Assembly: GCF_000039765.1 (NCBI RefSeq)
Contig: NC_004460.2
Span: 1,740,001-1,772,000 of the forward strand
Reading direction: 5' to 3'
Length of the DNA stretch: 32,000 nucleotides
Source of the DNA: Vibrio vulnificus CMCP6
Lineage (GTDB): Bacteria; Pseudomonadota; Gammaproteobacteria; Enterobacterales; Vibrionaceae
The notes beneath the pieces were generated by a model that ran no database searches, was not told the DNA's origin, and saw only the letters and a list, made by a program, of their open reading frames with translations. Positions within the stretch are counted from its first letter, which is position 1. The number at the start of each line of letters is the position of its first letter. The translations under genes were made by a program, and so were the position numbers. Positions 8,225 through 16,991 of this stretch are shown piece after piece.

Positions 8225-8947
8225 ATGAATTTCGAAGAGTTTCTCTCGAATACCGAAACACGTGAACACAGCCACACTTGGGGGCAGGTTCAATTGATCA
8301 GTGGTGGGATCTTAGAAATGGAAGCGCAAGGAACCCGCTTTTTAGCTCCGCCTCACCTTGCGATTTGGGTACCGCCCGGCATTATGCACCGCAGTTTCAA
8401 TCGACGACCATTGGAGTATTGTTCACTCAATATTGCCAAACAGCTGACGGATAAATTTCCCGCGAAAACTTGTCTGATTCAGGTCACCCCGATTGTGTCG
8501 GCCATTATCGATGATTTTCGTCTGCGCGATATTAACGTGGCGACCGAAGAGTCGGATAAACGATTGGTGCAAGTTCTGCTTGATCAACTGGCAACCAAAG
8601 AAACCCAACATCATTTTCTACCGTCATCCGATCACAAATACTTAGCGCCTATTTTGGCTCATGTAGAAGAGAATCCGACGGACACGACGAGCTTGTCAGA
8701 ATGGGCTGAAAAAGTGCATACCACTGAGCGAACATTGGCCAGACACTGCCAGAGTGAACTTGGAATGAGCTTTACCGAGTGGCGTTTACGTGTGCGTTAT
8801 CTTTATTCGATGGAGTTATTGCGCAAGGGGCAGACGGTGAAGGAAGTGGCATTGACGCTCGGTTATAACCAAGCCAGTCCTTTTATCAGTATGTTTAAAA
8901 AATACTCCGGGCAAACCCCGGAGCAATATAAAAACCGCCTGTTATAA
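8225..8947 (+). CDS. AraC-family transcriptional regulator (cupin N-domain plus double HTH)
   Basis: The C-terminal AraC signature reads TLARHCQSELGMSFTEWRLRVRYLYSMELLRKGQTVKEVALTLGYNQASPFISMFKKYSGQTPEQY. It is divergent from the EamA transporter. I chose the first ATG (8225); the longer track ORF begins at a TTG (8084) only 25 nt from the divergent gene. Confidence 0.85.
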   Translation: MNFEEFLSNTETREHSHTWGQVQLISGGILEMEAQGTRFLAPPHLAIWVPPGIMHRSFNRRPLEYCSLNIAKQLTDKFPAKTCLIQVTPIVSAIIDDFRLRDINVATEESDKRLVQVLLDQLATKETQHHFLPSSDHKYLAPILAHVEENPTDTTSLSEWAEKVHTTERTLARHCQSELGMSFTEWRLRVRYLYSMELLRKGQTVKEVALTLGYNQASPFISMFKKYSGQTPEQYKNRLL

Positions 8948-9859
8948 CTGCGTGATCACGTAGTCTAGACCGCCCACGATCGCAGCAACTTGTGCATCAT
9001 CACACTCTTGTGCGGTCACTTTAGGGCTGTCTGGGTACACTTCTGTCGTAGTGCCGAATTGACAATGAGCCACGCCACCACATAAACCCAGCTTCACCAT
9101 TGGGTAGTGAATGACGCCATGTTGAATGACAGGAGAGCCGATGATTTCACCATTCTCATCGGCAGGGGCGATATGCGTGACACGCGATACGGATTCAATC
9201 ACTGCAGCTTGGAACTCTGGCTGAGGATTCTCAGTATCCGCGACGGTGTAAAAGCCGTCTGGGATCATCCCTTCGATATAGTCGATGCCATCGCGAGCGG
9301 CGAGTGCTGGACGGAATTCGCTCTCATCGGTGTCCGTGGTTTCGTGCAGATCAAAGTGAACCAAAATCGGGCCTAGAGTGGCGACTAACCGCATCAGGTT
9401 TGCTGACTCTTCGGCGGGACTCTGTGCGTAAAATGAACGATTAGGGTCAACCGCATTTGGGTTCCAGCGATTGATGGTTTCGTAACCCCAAGGGCTGATG
9501 CAAGGTGTGCAAACCAAGTTGAAGTAAGGCTCGTATCGGGTGGCTTCGGTCGCCATAAATTTGAGAGCACCATGCACACCACTGGTTTCGTAACCGTGCA
9601 CGCCACCGGTGATCAATACGGTTGGTTTACTCTCATCCCAAGCTTTGGTTTTTAAGCAGTAAAGCGGATAGCGGGCGGGATCGTAGGAGAGGGCGCCGTA
9701 TTGTTCAAGCTCAAACTCTTCGGCCAAAGCAAGAATCTTAGGGACAACTTCAAGCTGATATTCACGCTTTATGTGGGTTTGCTGTCGCCAAGCGAGGCGC
9801 TCCTCATCTCCCCATTTTTGTCCGGCGATACCGATTGGATACGTTGAATGCGTCTTCAT
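8942..9859 (-). CDS. M14-family zinc metallopeptidase-like protein (DUF2817 or succinylglutamate-desuccinylase-like)
   Basis: HxxE zinc motif in GGVHGYETSG, with a downstream His in FDLHETTDTD. Start taken at ATG 9859 (MKTHSTYPIG) with RBS TAGGGA; the track ORF extends to 9931. Confidence 0.8.
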   Translation of the reverse strand: MKTHSTYPIGIAGQKWGDEERLAWRQQTHIKREYQLEVVPKILALAEEFELEQYGALSYDPARYPLYCLKTKAWDESKPTVLITGGVHGYETSGVHGALKFMATEATRYEPYFNLVCTPCISPWGYETINRWNPNAVDPNRSFYAQSPAEESANLMRLVATLGPILVHFDLHETTDTDESEFRPALAARDGIDYIEGMIPDGFYTVADTENPQPEFQAAVIESVSRVTHIAPADENGEIIGSPVIQHGVIHYPMVKLGLCGGVAHCQFGTTTEVYPDSPKVTAQECDDAQVAAIVGGLDYVITQL

Positions 9860-10031
9860 AGAATTCCCTATTGGTGGCTGCGCAAATGATGTCGCAAGGT
9901 TAGATCGAGTTACCTTGAGATACAACCGCAATACGAGGCTTACTCAATTTTTTGCACAATATTCACTTGGCGACACCGAAGAGCGCTGTTACATTTTGAA
10001 ATAATTCGAGTTTATCTATGAGAAATCAATT

Positions 10032-10946
10032 ATGGCTGGAGCAAGTCTATTAACGCTTTTGGATGATATTGCAACGGTGTTAGATGATGTTGCGGTGATG
10101 TCGAAAGTCGCGGCAAAGAAAACCGCAGGTGTACTAGGGGATGACCTGGCGCTCAATGCCCAACAAGTGTCGGGTGTGGCGGCAGAAAGAGAAATTCCGG
10201 TGGTCTGGGCGGTCGCGAAAGGGTCGTTCAAAAATAAATGCATTTTGGTTCCGGCAGCGCTGCTTATCAGTGCCTTTATTCCTTGGCTCATCATGCCTTT
10301 ATTGCTATTGGGTGGCCTGTTCCTGTGCTTTGAAGGGGCGGAGAAGGTACTGGAAAAGCTGTTCCACTCTTCTCATCAAACCGAAAGTAGCAGTGCAGAG
10401 CGAGTAATAGAGGACATTGAGCAATACGAAAAACAAAAGATTGCAGGTGCCATTCGTACTGATTTCATTTTGTCAGCAGAAATCATCGTCATTGCGTTAG
10501 GCACCGTGCAGGGGCAGAGCACCATGACACAAGTGTTGGTGGTAAGTTTGATTGCGTTGGTCATGACCATTGGTGTGTATGGTTTGGTGGCTGGCATTGT
10601 TAAATTGGATGACCTTGGTTTCTATCTCGAGAGAAAATCGCAAGGCAAAGGAGCACTCAATAGCATGGGCCAGGCTCTGATTCGATTTGCGCCAAAACTG
10701 ATGAAAGTACTAACGGTAGTCGGCACTGCGGCGATGTTTTTGGTGGGTGGCGGCATTGTTGTGCACAACATCCCTGCGGTTCATCATTGGATTGAACCGA
10801 TCATCATGAATTTATCGGACCTCTCATTTGTCAGCGCCATTGTTCCTACCTTACTAAATGGGTTAGTCGGGTTGCTCGCTGGGTTACTGGTTGTCGCTTT
10901 GTGGAGCGTAGTAGCAAAACTGCGTTCTTCACAAGCCACCCATTAA
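10032..10946 (+). CDS. DUF808 inner-membrane protein (E. coli YedI-like)
   Basis: 304 aa. The N-terminus MAGASLLTLLDDIATVLDDVAVMSKVAAKKTAGVLGDDLALNAQQVSGV is nearly identical in pattern to E. coli YedI. Confidence 0.9.
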   Translation: MAGASLLTLLDDIATVLDDVAVMSKVAAKKTAGVLGDDLALNAQQVSGVAAEREIPVVWAVAKGSFKNKCILVPAALLISAFIPWLIMPLLLLGGLFLCFEGAEKVLEKLFHSSHQTESSSAERVIEDIEQYEKQKIAGAIRTDFILSAEIIVIALGTVQGQSTMTQVLVVSLIALVMTIGVYGLVAGIVKLDDLGFYLERKSQGKGALNSMGQALIRFAPKLMKVLTVVGTAAMFLVGGGIVVHNIPAVHHWIEPIIMNLSDLSFVSAIVPTLLNGLVGLLAGLLVVALWSVVAKLRSSQATH

Positions 10947-12106
10947 ACGTCGGAGACTTCACAGACTCGATTGCGGCCTTTGTGTTTCGCGAGATACAAG
11001 GCCGCGTCTGCTCTTTTCATTAGCGCATCCCAGTCGTCTCCGGTGATCAACTGCGCCACACCAAAGCTCGCCGTCCATGTCTCTCTTTGTTTCTGCGCAA
11101 ACCTCGTTTCAGCAATTTTCTGACGGAGTTTCTCGGCAACTAAAACCGCACTTTCAATCGGTGTGTCAGGAAGCACCACGAGAAACTCTTCGCCGCCAAT
11201 ACGAAACGATATATCTTGTTTACGCAACTGACTCGTGAGTAGCTGGCCAATGCCAGAAAGAGTTTGGTCTCCAACTTGATGGCCATATTGGTCATTGATG
11301 CGCTTGAAGTGATCAAGGTCGAGGATAATGATGGATAACTCAGCGCCTAAGCGGCTTGCTCGAGAGAGTTCTCTGGGAATCATCTCCTCCATTGCTCTGC
11401 GATTGTAAATATTGGTTAAGGTGTCTCTGAGAGAGGTTTGGTAGATATTGGTAATCAGCCGAGCATTGATCATCCAAGGGAAGGTGAAGCCCAACGTCAG
11501 GATCAACATGATAAGGGCGAGGAAAGAGAGCTGATGAATGCTACTGGCAAACATAAAATCCACGATCTGTGAGCTCATGTAAGTCACATAGGTTCGAAAC
11601 AGCATCCAGAGTGCCAATGTGACAAAGGCCGCGAGTAGCAACCCAATGGCTAAGTGGTTGTCTTGAGCGCTCCCTTGCCGGACGACGTAAGCGGAGAGTA
11701 AGCAGCAAAGTGCGATATACAGACTTACCGCGATGATCCGTACATTGGTGGAAACGGTTATCTGAGAAAAGTAGACCAGTGAGACCACCAGTACTGGCAG
11801 AAAGAAAAAGGCAATGTGTGAGGCGAGCGGAGGAGCGGAACGAAAGCGCTGTAAGCTATAGACAATCAGGGTAAACCCTAAGCAAATCGTGCTATTGGAG
11901 AATACTTTAGATAACCAAAGTGAGGTACTGTTACCAAAACTCAAGGTAAAAAAACCGATGGCAATAGCGAAAACCGCAGCGGCTAAGGTAACCAGGCCAT
12001 GAACATTTTTCTGGATCGATTGCAGCATCAAAATACCGAATCCGTATGCAACACAGATCAGTACCGTGACAATAGACAAGGTTTTAATGTCCAGGTCTAA
12101 TTCCAT
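10943..12106 (-). CDS. Membrane-bound diguanylate cyclase (about 7 TM N-domain plus GGDEF domain)
   Basis: 387 aa. The active site GGEEF is intact (RIGGEEF). The RxxD I-site (RKQD) lies exactly 5 residues upstream. I count about 7 hydrophobic helices by eye in residues 1-210. Confidence 0.9.
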   Translation of the reverse strand: MELDLDIKTLSIVTVLICVAYGFGILMLQSIQKNVHGLVTLAAAVFAIAIGFFTLSFGNSTSLWLSKVFSNSTICLGFTLIVYSLQRFRSAPPLASHIAFFFLPVLVVSLVYFSQITVSTNVRIIAVSLYIALCCLLSAYVVRQGSAQDNHLAIGLLLAAFVTLALWMLFRTYVTYMSSQIVDFMFASSIHQLSFLALIMLILTLGFTFPWMINARLITNIYQTSLRDTLTNIYNRRAMEEMIPRELSRASRLGAELSIIILDLDHFKRINDQYGHQVGDQTLSGIGQLLTSQLRKQDISFRIGGEEFLVVLPDTPIESAVLVAEKLRQKIAETRFAQKQRETWTASFGVAQLITGDDWDALMKRADAALYLAKHKGRNRVCEVSDV

Positions 12107-12173
12107 AAGCGGCCATTTATCAATTAACTATCACAAGTCTCCATTTAGCTTAGATGACGAATGGCAAAACTTA

Positions 12174-12204
12174 GAAAAAATGCCGCTGAAAACAGCGGCA
12201 TTTT
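12174..12204 (-). terminator. Rho-independent terminator after pyrC (symmetric, possibly bidirectional)
   Basis: AATGCCGCTG (12179-12188) and CAGCGGCATT (12193-12202) form the stem with loop AAAA. An A-run lies on one side and a T-run on the other. Confidence 0.8.
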
Positions 12205-12236
12205 GTTATTTACTTACACAACAAAGCGATTTTGGG

Positions 12237-13265
12237 TTACTTAACCTTCCACTCCATGTTTTCACCAGCGCGAATTGGCACCACAATATCACCACCAAAT
12301 GGCATTGAAGCAGGAACAGGCCATGCGTCTTTGACCAAAGTGATCGTATCTTGGTTACGAGGAAGACCGTAAAAATCCGGGCCGTTATGGCTGGCAAACG
12401 CTTCGAGATTTTCCAACTTGCCCGCTTGCTCAAACACTTCTGCATACAGTTCCACAGCGGCGTGAGCCGTGTAAGAGCCCGCGCAACCACAAGCGGATTC
12501 TTTTGCGCCTTTGGCGTGTGGCGCAGAGTCCGTACCCAAAAAGAACTTCTTGTTGCCACTCGTCGCAGCAGAGATCAACGCAAGCTGGTGGGTGTTGCGT
12601 TTAAGAATTGGCAAGCAGTAGAAGTGGGGCTTGATGCCGCCTACTAACATGTGATTGCGGTTGTACAGCAGGTGATGAGCGGTAATGGTTGCGGCAACGT
12701 TTTCATTGGCATTTTTCACAAACACAACCGCATCTGAGGTGGTGATGTGTTCGAGGACAATTTTCAAATCAGGGAAGTCTTGAACAATCGGCGCCAACAC
12801 ATTGTCTAAAAAGGTTTTTTCGCGATCAAAGATGTCCACATCGTGTGTGGTCACTTCGCCGTGTACCAGTAGCAACATGCCCACTTCTTGCATGGCTTGA
12901 AGGACTGGATAAATTTTCTTTACATCCGTCACGCCAGAATCGGAGTTAGTTGTCGCGCCTGCTGGATACAGTTTTGCTGCGACCACAGCACCGCTGGCCT
13001 TGGCTTTGCGTACTTCATCCGCAGTTGTGTTGTCGGTCAAATACAGCGACATAAGCGGAGAAAATTGTTCTGTTTGGTTATGTGCTTGAATGCGATCGCG
13101 ATAGGCAAGCGCCATTTCAGACGTGGTGACGGGTGGGACAGTGTTTGGCATGATGAGTGCGCGGCCATTGTAACGGCTGATATCACGAACGGTATCTGCC
13201 AAAACTTCGCCATCGCGCAAGTGTACGTGCCAATCATCAGGACGAGTAATAGTAAGTGTTGTCAT
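12237..13265 (-). CDS. pyrC: Dihydroorotase PyrC
   Basis: 342 aa from ATG 13265 ([19 protein letters not shown], the class II dihydroorotase N-terminus). RBS GGGAG at 13271-13275 (minus). The track ORF extends 15 codons further upstream. Confidence 0.95.
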   Translation of the reverse strand: MTTLTITRPDDWHVHLRDGEVLADTVRDISRYNGRALIMPNTVPPVTTSEMALAYRDRIQAHNQTEQFSPLMSLYLTDNTTADEVRKAKASGAVVAAKLYPAGATTNSDSGVTDVKKIYPVLQAMQEVGMLLLVHGEVTTHDVDIFDREKTFLDNVLAPIVQDFPDLKIVLEHITTSDAVVFVKNANENVAATITAHHLLYNRNHMLVGGIKPHFYCLPILKRNTHQLALISAATSGNKKFFLGTDSAPHAKGAKESACGCAGSYTAHAAVELYAEVFEQAGKLENLEAFASHNGPDFYGLPRNQDTITLVKDAWPVPASMPFGGDIVVPIRAGENMEWKVK

Positions 13266-13314
13266 TGTTGCTCCCACCATAGAAAAAGAATCCAAAAGGA
13301 GCCTAAACAAGGGA

Positions 13315-13330
13315 AGGCAAACGCTTCCGT
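13315..13330. promoter_or_regulatory. PurR-like operator in the pyrC promoter region
   Basis: AGGCAAACGCTTCCGT matches the palindromic E. coli PurR box ACGCAAACGTTTGCGT at 13 of 16 positions. It lies 50-65 nt upstream of the pyrC ATG. pyrC is PurR-regulated in E. coli. Confidence 0.5.
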
Positions 13331-13534
13331 TTAGGCGACAGGATGATATAGGAAAGTGCTGTCTATTTCACTCGCTTTTTCCGCTTTGCTCTCGAGGCGC
13401 TGTATTTTTGTTCTTCAAAGGCGCACTTTTATGACTGTCTGAGAATTGGTGAGAATAGTGAGGTTCAGGTTTTCTCTGTGCTTTCAAACGACTATCATGG
13501 CAAATCACAAATAATAATCATCAAGGAAGCGTTC

Positions 13535-15355
13535 ATGTCGTCAGCCACATTACAACAGATTAATGTTTATCCAGTGAAATCCGTTGGAGGAATCGCTTTA
13601 ACGTCCGCTTGGGTAGAAAAACAAGGGCTTGCTTTCGATCGCCGATTTATGGTCGCGACCGCGCTAGGTGACATGGTCACGGCGCGTAAATATCCTCAAA
13701 TGGTGACGATACGCTCCGCCTTGGTTGCTGATGGGATTGTTTTTACGTACCCAGACAAACCCGCCCTGATGCTGAAGTATCAAGACTTCAAGCGACAAGA
13801 AACACCGGCGCAAGTGTGGAAAGACAATTTCACCGCTTACACCACCACTGATGAAGCGGACGATTGGTTTAGCGATATTCTGGGGATCCGTGTTGAGCTG
13901 TTGTTTTCTGGGGAGCAATCGAATCGAGTCCGTGAGAAGATCGGACACAATGTCAGTTTTGCGGATGGCTACCCACTGTTGGTCATAAGCGATGCGTCAC
14001 TAAAAGAACTCAATCGGCGCAGCCCGGAAACGCATTCGATGGATCAGTTTCGCACCAACTTAGTGGTGAGCAACTGCGACGCGTTTGCCGAAGATGGATG
14101 GAAAAAAATTCGCATTGGTGAGGTGATATTTGAAGCGGTGAAGCCCTGTGAGCGCTGCATTCTCACCACGGTCGATGTAGAGAAAGGGCAATTTCGCGCC
14201 AATAAAGAACCATTGAACACCTTATTGACGTTTCGTGCTAATGAGCAAGGCGGCGTCTTTTTCGGACAAAATTTAGTCGCACTGAACGAAGGGATGATCC
14301 AAGTGGGAGACCGGGTTGAGGTGTTGGAAGTGAAAGAGAAAGAAGTCTATCCGGACAGTGCTTGTCACGACATTCGCCTTACCTGCGTCGAAAAAGAGAC
14401 CATTGCACGGGATTTCGTCACGTTTTGGCTCGAACCAGAACACGGGCAGCTACCCGCGTATTTGCCAGGGCAGCATTTACCAGTAGAAATCACCGTTGAT
14501 GGTGACACCATTTCACGTCGTTATACCTTATCGTCGAGCCCTTCTCGGCCAGGAAGATACGCCATTTCCGTCAAACGCATCGATGGTGGACGAGTGTCAA
14601 ACTGGCTGATTGATCATCTTGAGGTAGGCGATGAGCTGTTTGCACAATCCCCACAAGGCCAGTTTCATATTCAAGAGGACAAACATCAACCTTTGTTGCT
14701 GCTCTCAGCGGGTAGTGGTGTAACCCCCATGTTGTCGATGCTACGCTATCTTGCGGATCATGATCTTGTCGAGGATGTGGTGTTCTATCACCAATGTCGC
14801 TCCGTTGAAGATATCCCATGTAAAGAGGAGCTTGACGCGCTGAAATCACGCTACCCTGGGCTCACGGTTAAAATTTCGCTCACTCAAGCACCGATCGATT
14901 GGTTTGGCCTCAAAGGACGCTTGAGTTTATCGCATCTTAAACAGATCAAGGCGGTGGAATCTCGTCAGGTTTTTGTGTGTGGCCCCGAAGGCTTTATGCA
15001 AAAAGCGAAGAATCTATTGCTGAAAAAAGGGCTGCCTGAAAGCCATTATCATCAAGAAGCGTTTGGTGTCTCGACGTCGCCTAACAGTGAGCGCAAAACG
15101 GTTGAGCTGGAATTTAATGGTGAGACGTTTACGGCTGATAATCAGCAAACCTTACTGGAACACGTTGAAAATCATGGTTTGACGATCGCGCATAGCTGTC
15201 GAGCCGGTTTTTGTGGGGCGTGCAAGGTGAACGTCATCAGTGGGCAAGTGCATCAGCCTGATGTTCCTGCGTTGACTGAGCAAGAAAAACGCGAGGGCAA
15301 AGCGCTAGCATGTTGTTGCGTGCCTCTAACGGATGTTCGTTTTCAATCTCTGTAG
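13535..15355 (+). CDS. MOSC-domain protein fused to an FNR-like FAD/NAD(P) reductase and a 2Fe-2S ferredoxin (YcbX-like, extended)
   Basis: 606 aa from ATG 13535 (RBS AAGGAAG). Motifs: MOSC_N (INVYPVKSVGG), MOSC Cys (KPCERCILTTVD), FNR motifs RRYTLSS and LLSAGSGVTPMLSM, and a C-terminal plant-type 2Fe-2S (CRAGFCGACKV...CCC). Confidence 0.9.
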   Translation: MSSATLQQINVYPVKSVGGIALTSAWVEKQGLAFDRRFMVATALGDMVTARKYPQMVTIRSALVADGIVFTYPDKPALMLKYQDFKRQETPAQVWKDNFTAYTTTDEADDWFSDILGIRVELLFSGEQSNRVREKIGHNVSFADGYPLLVISDASLKELNRRSPETHSMDQFRTNLVVSNCDAFAEDGWKKIRIGEVIFEAVKPCERCILTTVDVEKGQFRANKEPLNTLLTFRANEQGGVFFGQNLVALNEGMIQVGDRVEVLEVKEKEVYPDSACHDIRLTCVEKETIARDFVTFWLEPEHGQLPAYLPGQHLPVEITVDGDTISRRYTLSSSPSRPGRYAISVKRIDGGRVSNWLIDHLEVGDELFAQSPQGQFHIQEDKHQPLLLLSAGSGVTPMLSMLRYLADHDLVEDVVFYHQCRSVEDIPCKEELDALKSRYPGLTVKISLTQAPIDWFGLKGRLSLSHLKQIKAVESRQVFVCGPEGFMQKAKNLLLKKGLPESHYHQEAFGVSTSPNSERKTVELEFNGETFTADNQQTLLEHVENHGLTIAHSCRAGFCGACKVNVISGQVHQPDVPALTEQEKREGKALACCCVPLTDVRFQSL

Positions 15356-15384
15356 CGACGCTTAGATTAAGTAAGTCATAAATC

Positions 15385-15416
15385 ATGACCTCGCTTAAAG
15401 CGAGGTCATTGTTTTA
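15385..15416 (+). terminator. Rho-independent terminator after the MOSC fusion gene
   Basis: ATGACCTCGCT (15385-15395) and AGCGAGGTCAT (15399-15409) form an 11-bp stem with a 3-nt loop, followed by TGTTTTA. Confidence 0.8.
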
Positions 15417-15467
15417 TCTCGATTTCAGAGCTCATTTCGCATTGAGCTTGGTGAATCCTAAACTCGA

Positions 15468-16298
15468 TTAATCGTAGATAGTAGGAATAGGTTGGCGTTT
15501 GTGTTGCGTGGCTTTGTAAATACTCACTAGACGCGCACTGACGGCTTCAGATACGGGTTTGCCTTCCAAGAAATCATCAATCTGTTCGTAGGTCAGATTC
15601 AGCGCATCTTCATCGGCTTTTTGTGGTGCCAGCTCTTCTAGGTCTGCCGTCGGTACCTTTTTAACCAAAAGTTCTGGTGCTCCAAGCGTTTCTGCGACAA
15701 GACGAACCTGACGTTTACTCAAACCAAACAGTGGGGCTAAGTCACAAGCGCCGTCACCGAACTTGGTGTAAAAACCCGTGATGTTTTCTGCAGAATGGTC
15801 GGTACCGAGTACTAGGCCACCCACATAACCAGCAATTTCATACTGAGCCACCATACGAGCGCGTGCTTTGACGTTACCTTTAACGAAGTCGACTTTCGCT
15901 GCATCTTGTGGGATAAGACCTGTTCCCTCTAACGCAATATGAGAAGCCGCGTGTAAGCCATCGACACCGGCTTTAATATTGACGGAAACAGAATGCGTTG
16001 GTTGGATAAACGATAGGGCAAGTTGCGCTTCTTCTTCGTCTTTTTGCTCGCCATAGGGCAAACGAACAGCGACAAACTGATAGTCATTGCTGTTCGATTC
16101 TTGGTTGAGTTGATCCACAGCAACCTGAGCGAGACGGCCACAAGTTGTAGAATCGACGCCACCGCTGATACCAAGAACAAGCGATTTACAGCCAGATTCA
16201 ACCAGCTTCTTTTTGATGAAAGCGACACGACGCTCAATTTCGAAATGCGGATCAATGGTTGGAAGCACACGCATTTCATCGCGGATGAGTTGTTCCAT
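15468..16298 (-). CDS. nadE: NH3-dependent NAD+ synthetase NadE
   Basis: 276 aa with PP-loop SGGVDS and blocks matching E. coli NadE ([28 protein letters not shown]). Confidence 0.96.
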   Translation of the reverse strand: MEQLIRDEMRVLPTIDPHFEIERRVAFIKKKLVESGCKSLVLGISGGVDSTTCGRLAQVAVDQLNQESNSNDYQFVAVRLPYGEQKDEEEAQLALSFIQPTHSVSVNIKAGVDGLHAASHIALEGTGLIPQDAAKVDFVKGNVKARARMVAQYEIAGYVGGLVLGTDHSAENITGFYTKFGDGACDLAPLFGLSKRQVRLVAETLGAPELLVKKVPTADLEELAPQKADEDALNLTYEQIDDFLEGKPVSEAVSARLVSIYKATQHKRQPIPTIYD

Positions 16299-16446
16299 TT
16301 AGGGTTCCTTTTCCTGCAAGCTAAACTAGCCTAAATGGCGACAAAGGCACAAATATCAAGGCTAGTATTACAAAATAACTATGACTGGTAGTATCATACC
16401 CGATTCGTTTTATTAGAAAACTCTCTAACCCGAGTAAATACCGTTT

Positions 16447-16971
16447 ATGTTGAAAATCGCCGTCTTTGGCAGTGCTTTTAATCCTCCTAGCCTTGGTCAC
16501 CTGAGTGTTATTGAATCACTTTCCCATTTTGATTTGGTCCTTCTTGAACCTTCCATTGCACATGCATGGGGCAAAGAGATGCTTGACTACTCAGTTCGTT
16601 GCGAGCTTCTGGACGCATTTATCCAAGATCTCACGCTGTCGACTGCGAAGCGTTCCAACATTGAGCAAGAGTTATACCAGCCAGGTGAAAGTGTCACGAC
16701 TTACGCCTTGCTAACACGAATTCAAGAAATCTACCCCGAGGCCGATATAACCTTTGTGATTGGCCCTGATAACTTTTTCAAGTTCGCCAATTTTTATCAA
16801 GCGGAAGAGATCACTCAGAAATGGGCGGTGATGGCTTGTCCGGAAAAAGTGCAGATTAGAAGTACAGATATACGTCATGCGATCGATTGTGGGGATGATT
16901 TGGCGGAATTAACCACACCATCCGTAAGAAAATTATTGATAGAACGGCAGTTATATAAGACAATTCCGTAG
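16447..16971 (+). CDS. Small nicotinate/nicotinamide-mononucleotide adenylyltransferase-like nucleotidyltransferase
   Basis: 174 aa. It has an N-terminal (H/T)xGH-type motif (FGSAFNPPSLGH) and a C-terminal ISSTxxR-type motif (IRSTDIR). It is divergent from nadE. Confidence 0.78.
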   Translation: MLKIAVFGSAFNPPSLGHLSVIESLSHFDLVLLEPSIAHAWGKEMLDYSVRCELLDAFIQDLTLSTAKRSNIEQELYQPGESVTTYALLTRIQEIYPEADITFVIGPDNFFKFANFYQAEEITQKWAVMACPEKVQIRSTDIRHAIDCGDDLAELTTPSVRKLLIERQLYKTIP

Positions 16972-16991
16972 TTTAGAGAGGTCTGACGAGT

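Noticed and set aside
10943-12106. I considered equating this GGEEF gene with the Qrr-sRNA-activated V. cholerae cyclase VCA0939.
   Set aside because: The idea rested only on loose recollection of locus order. The gene count between the mal and hut loci here does not fit that numbering, and I cannot verify a Qrr pairing site by eye.
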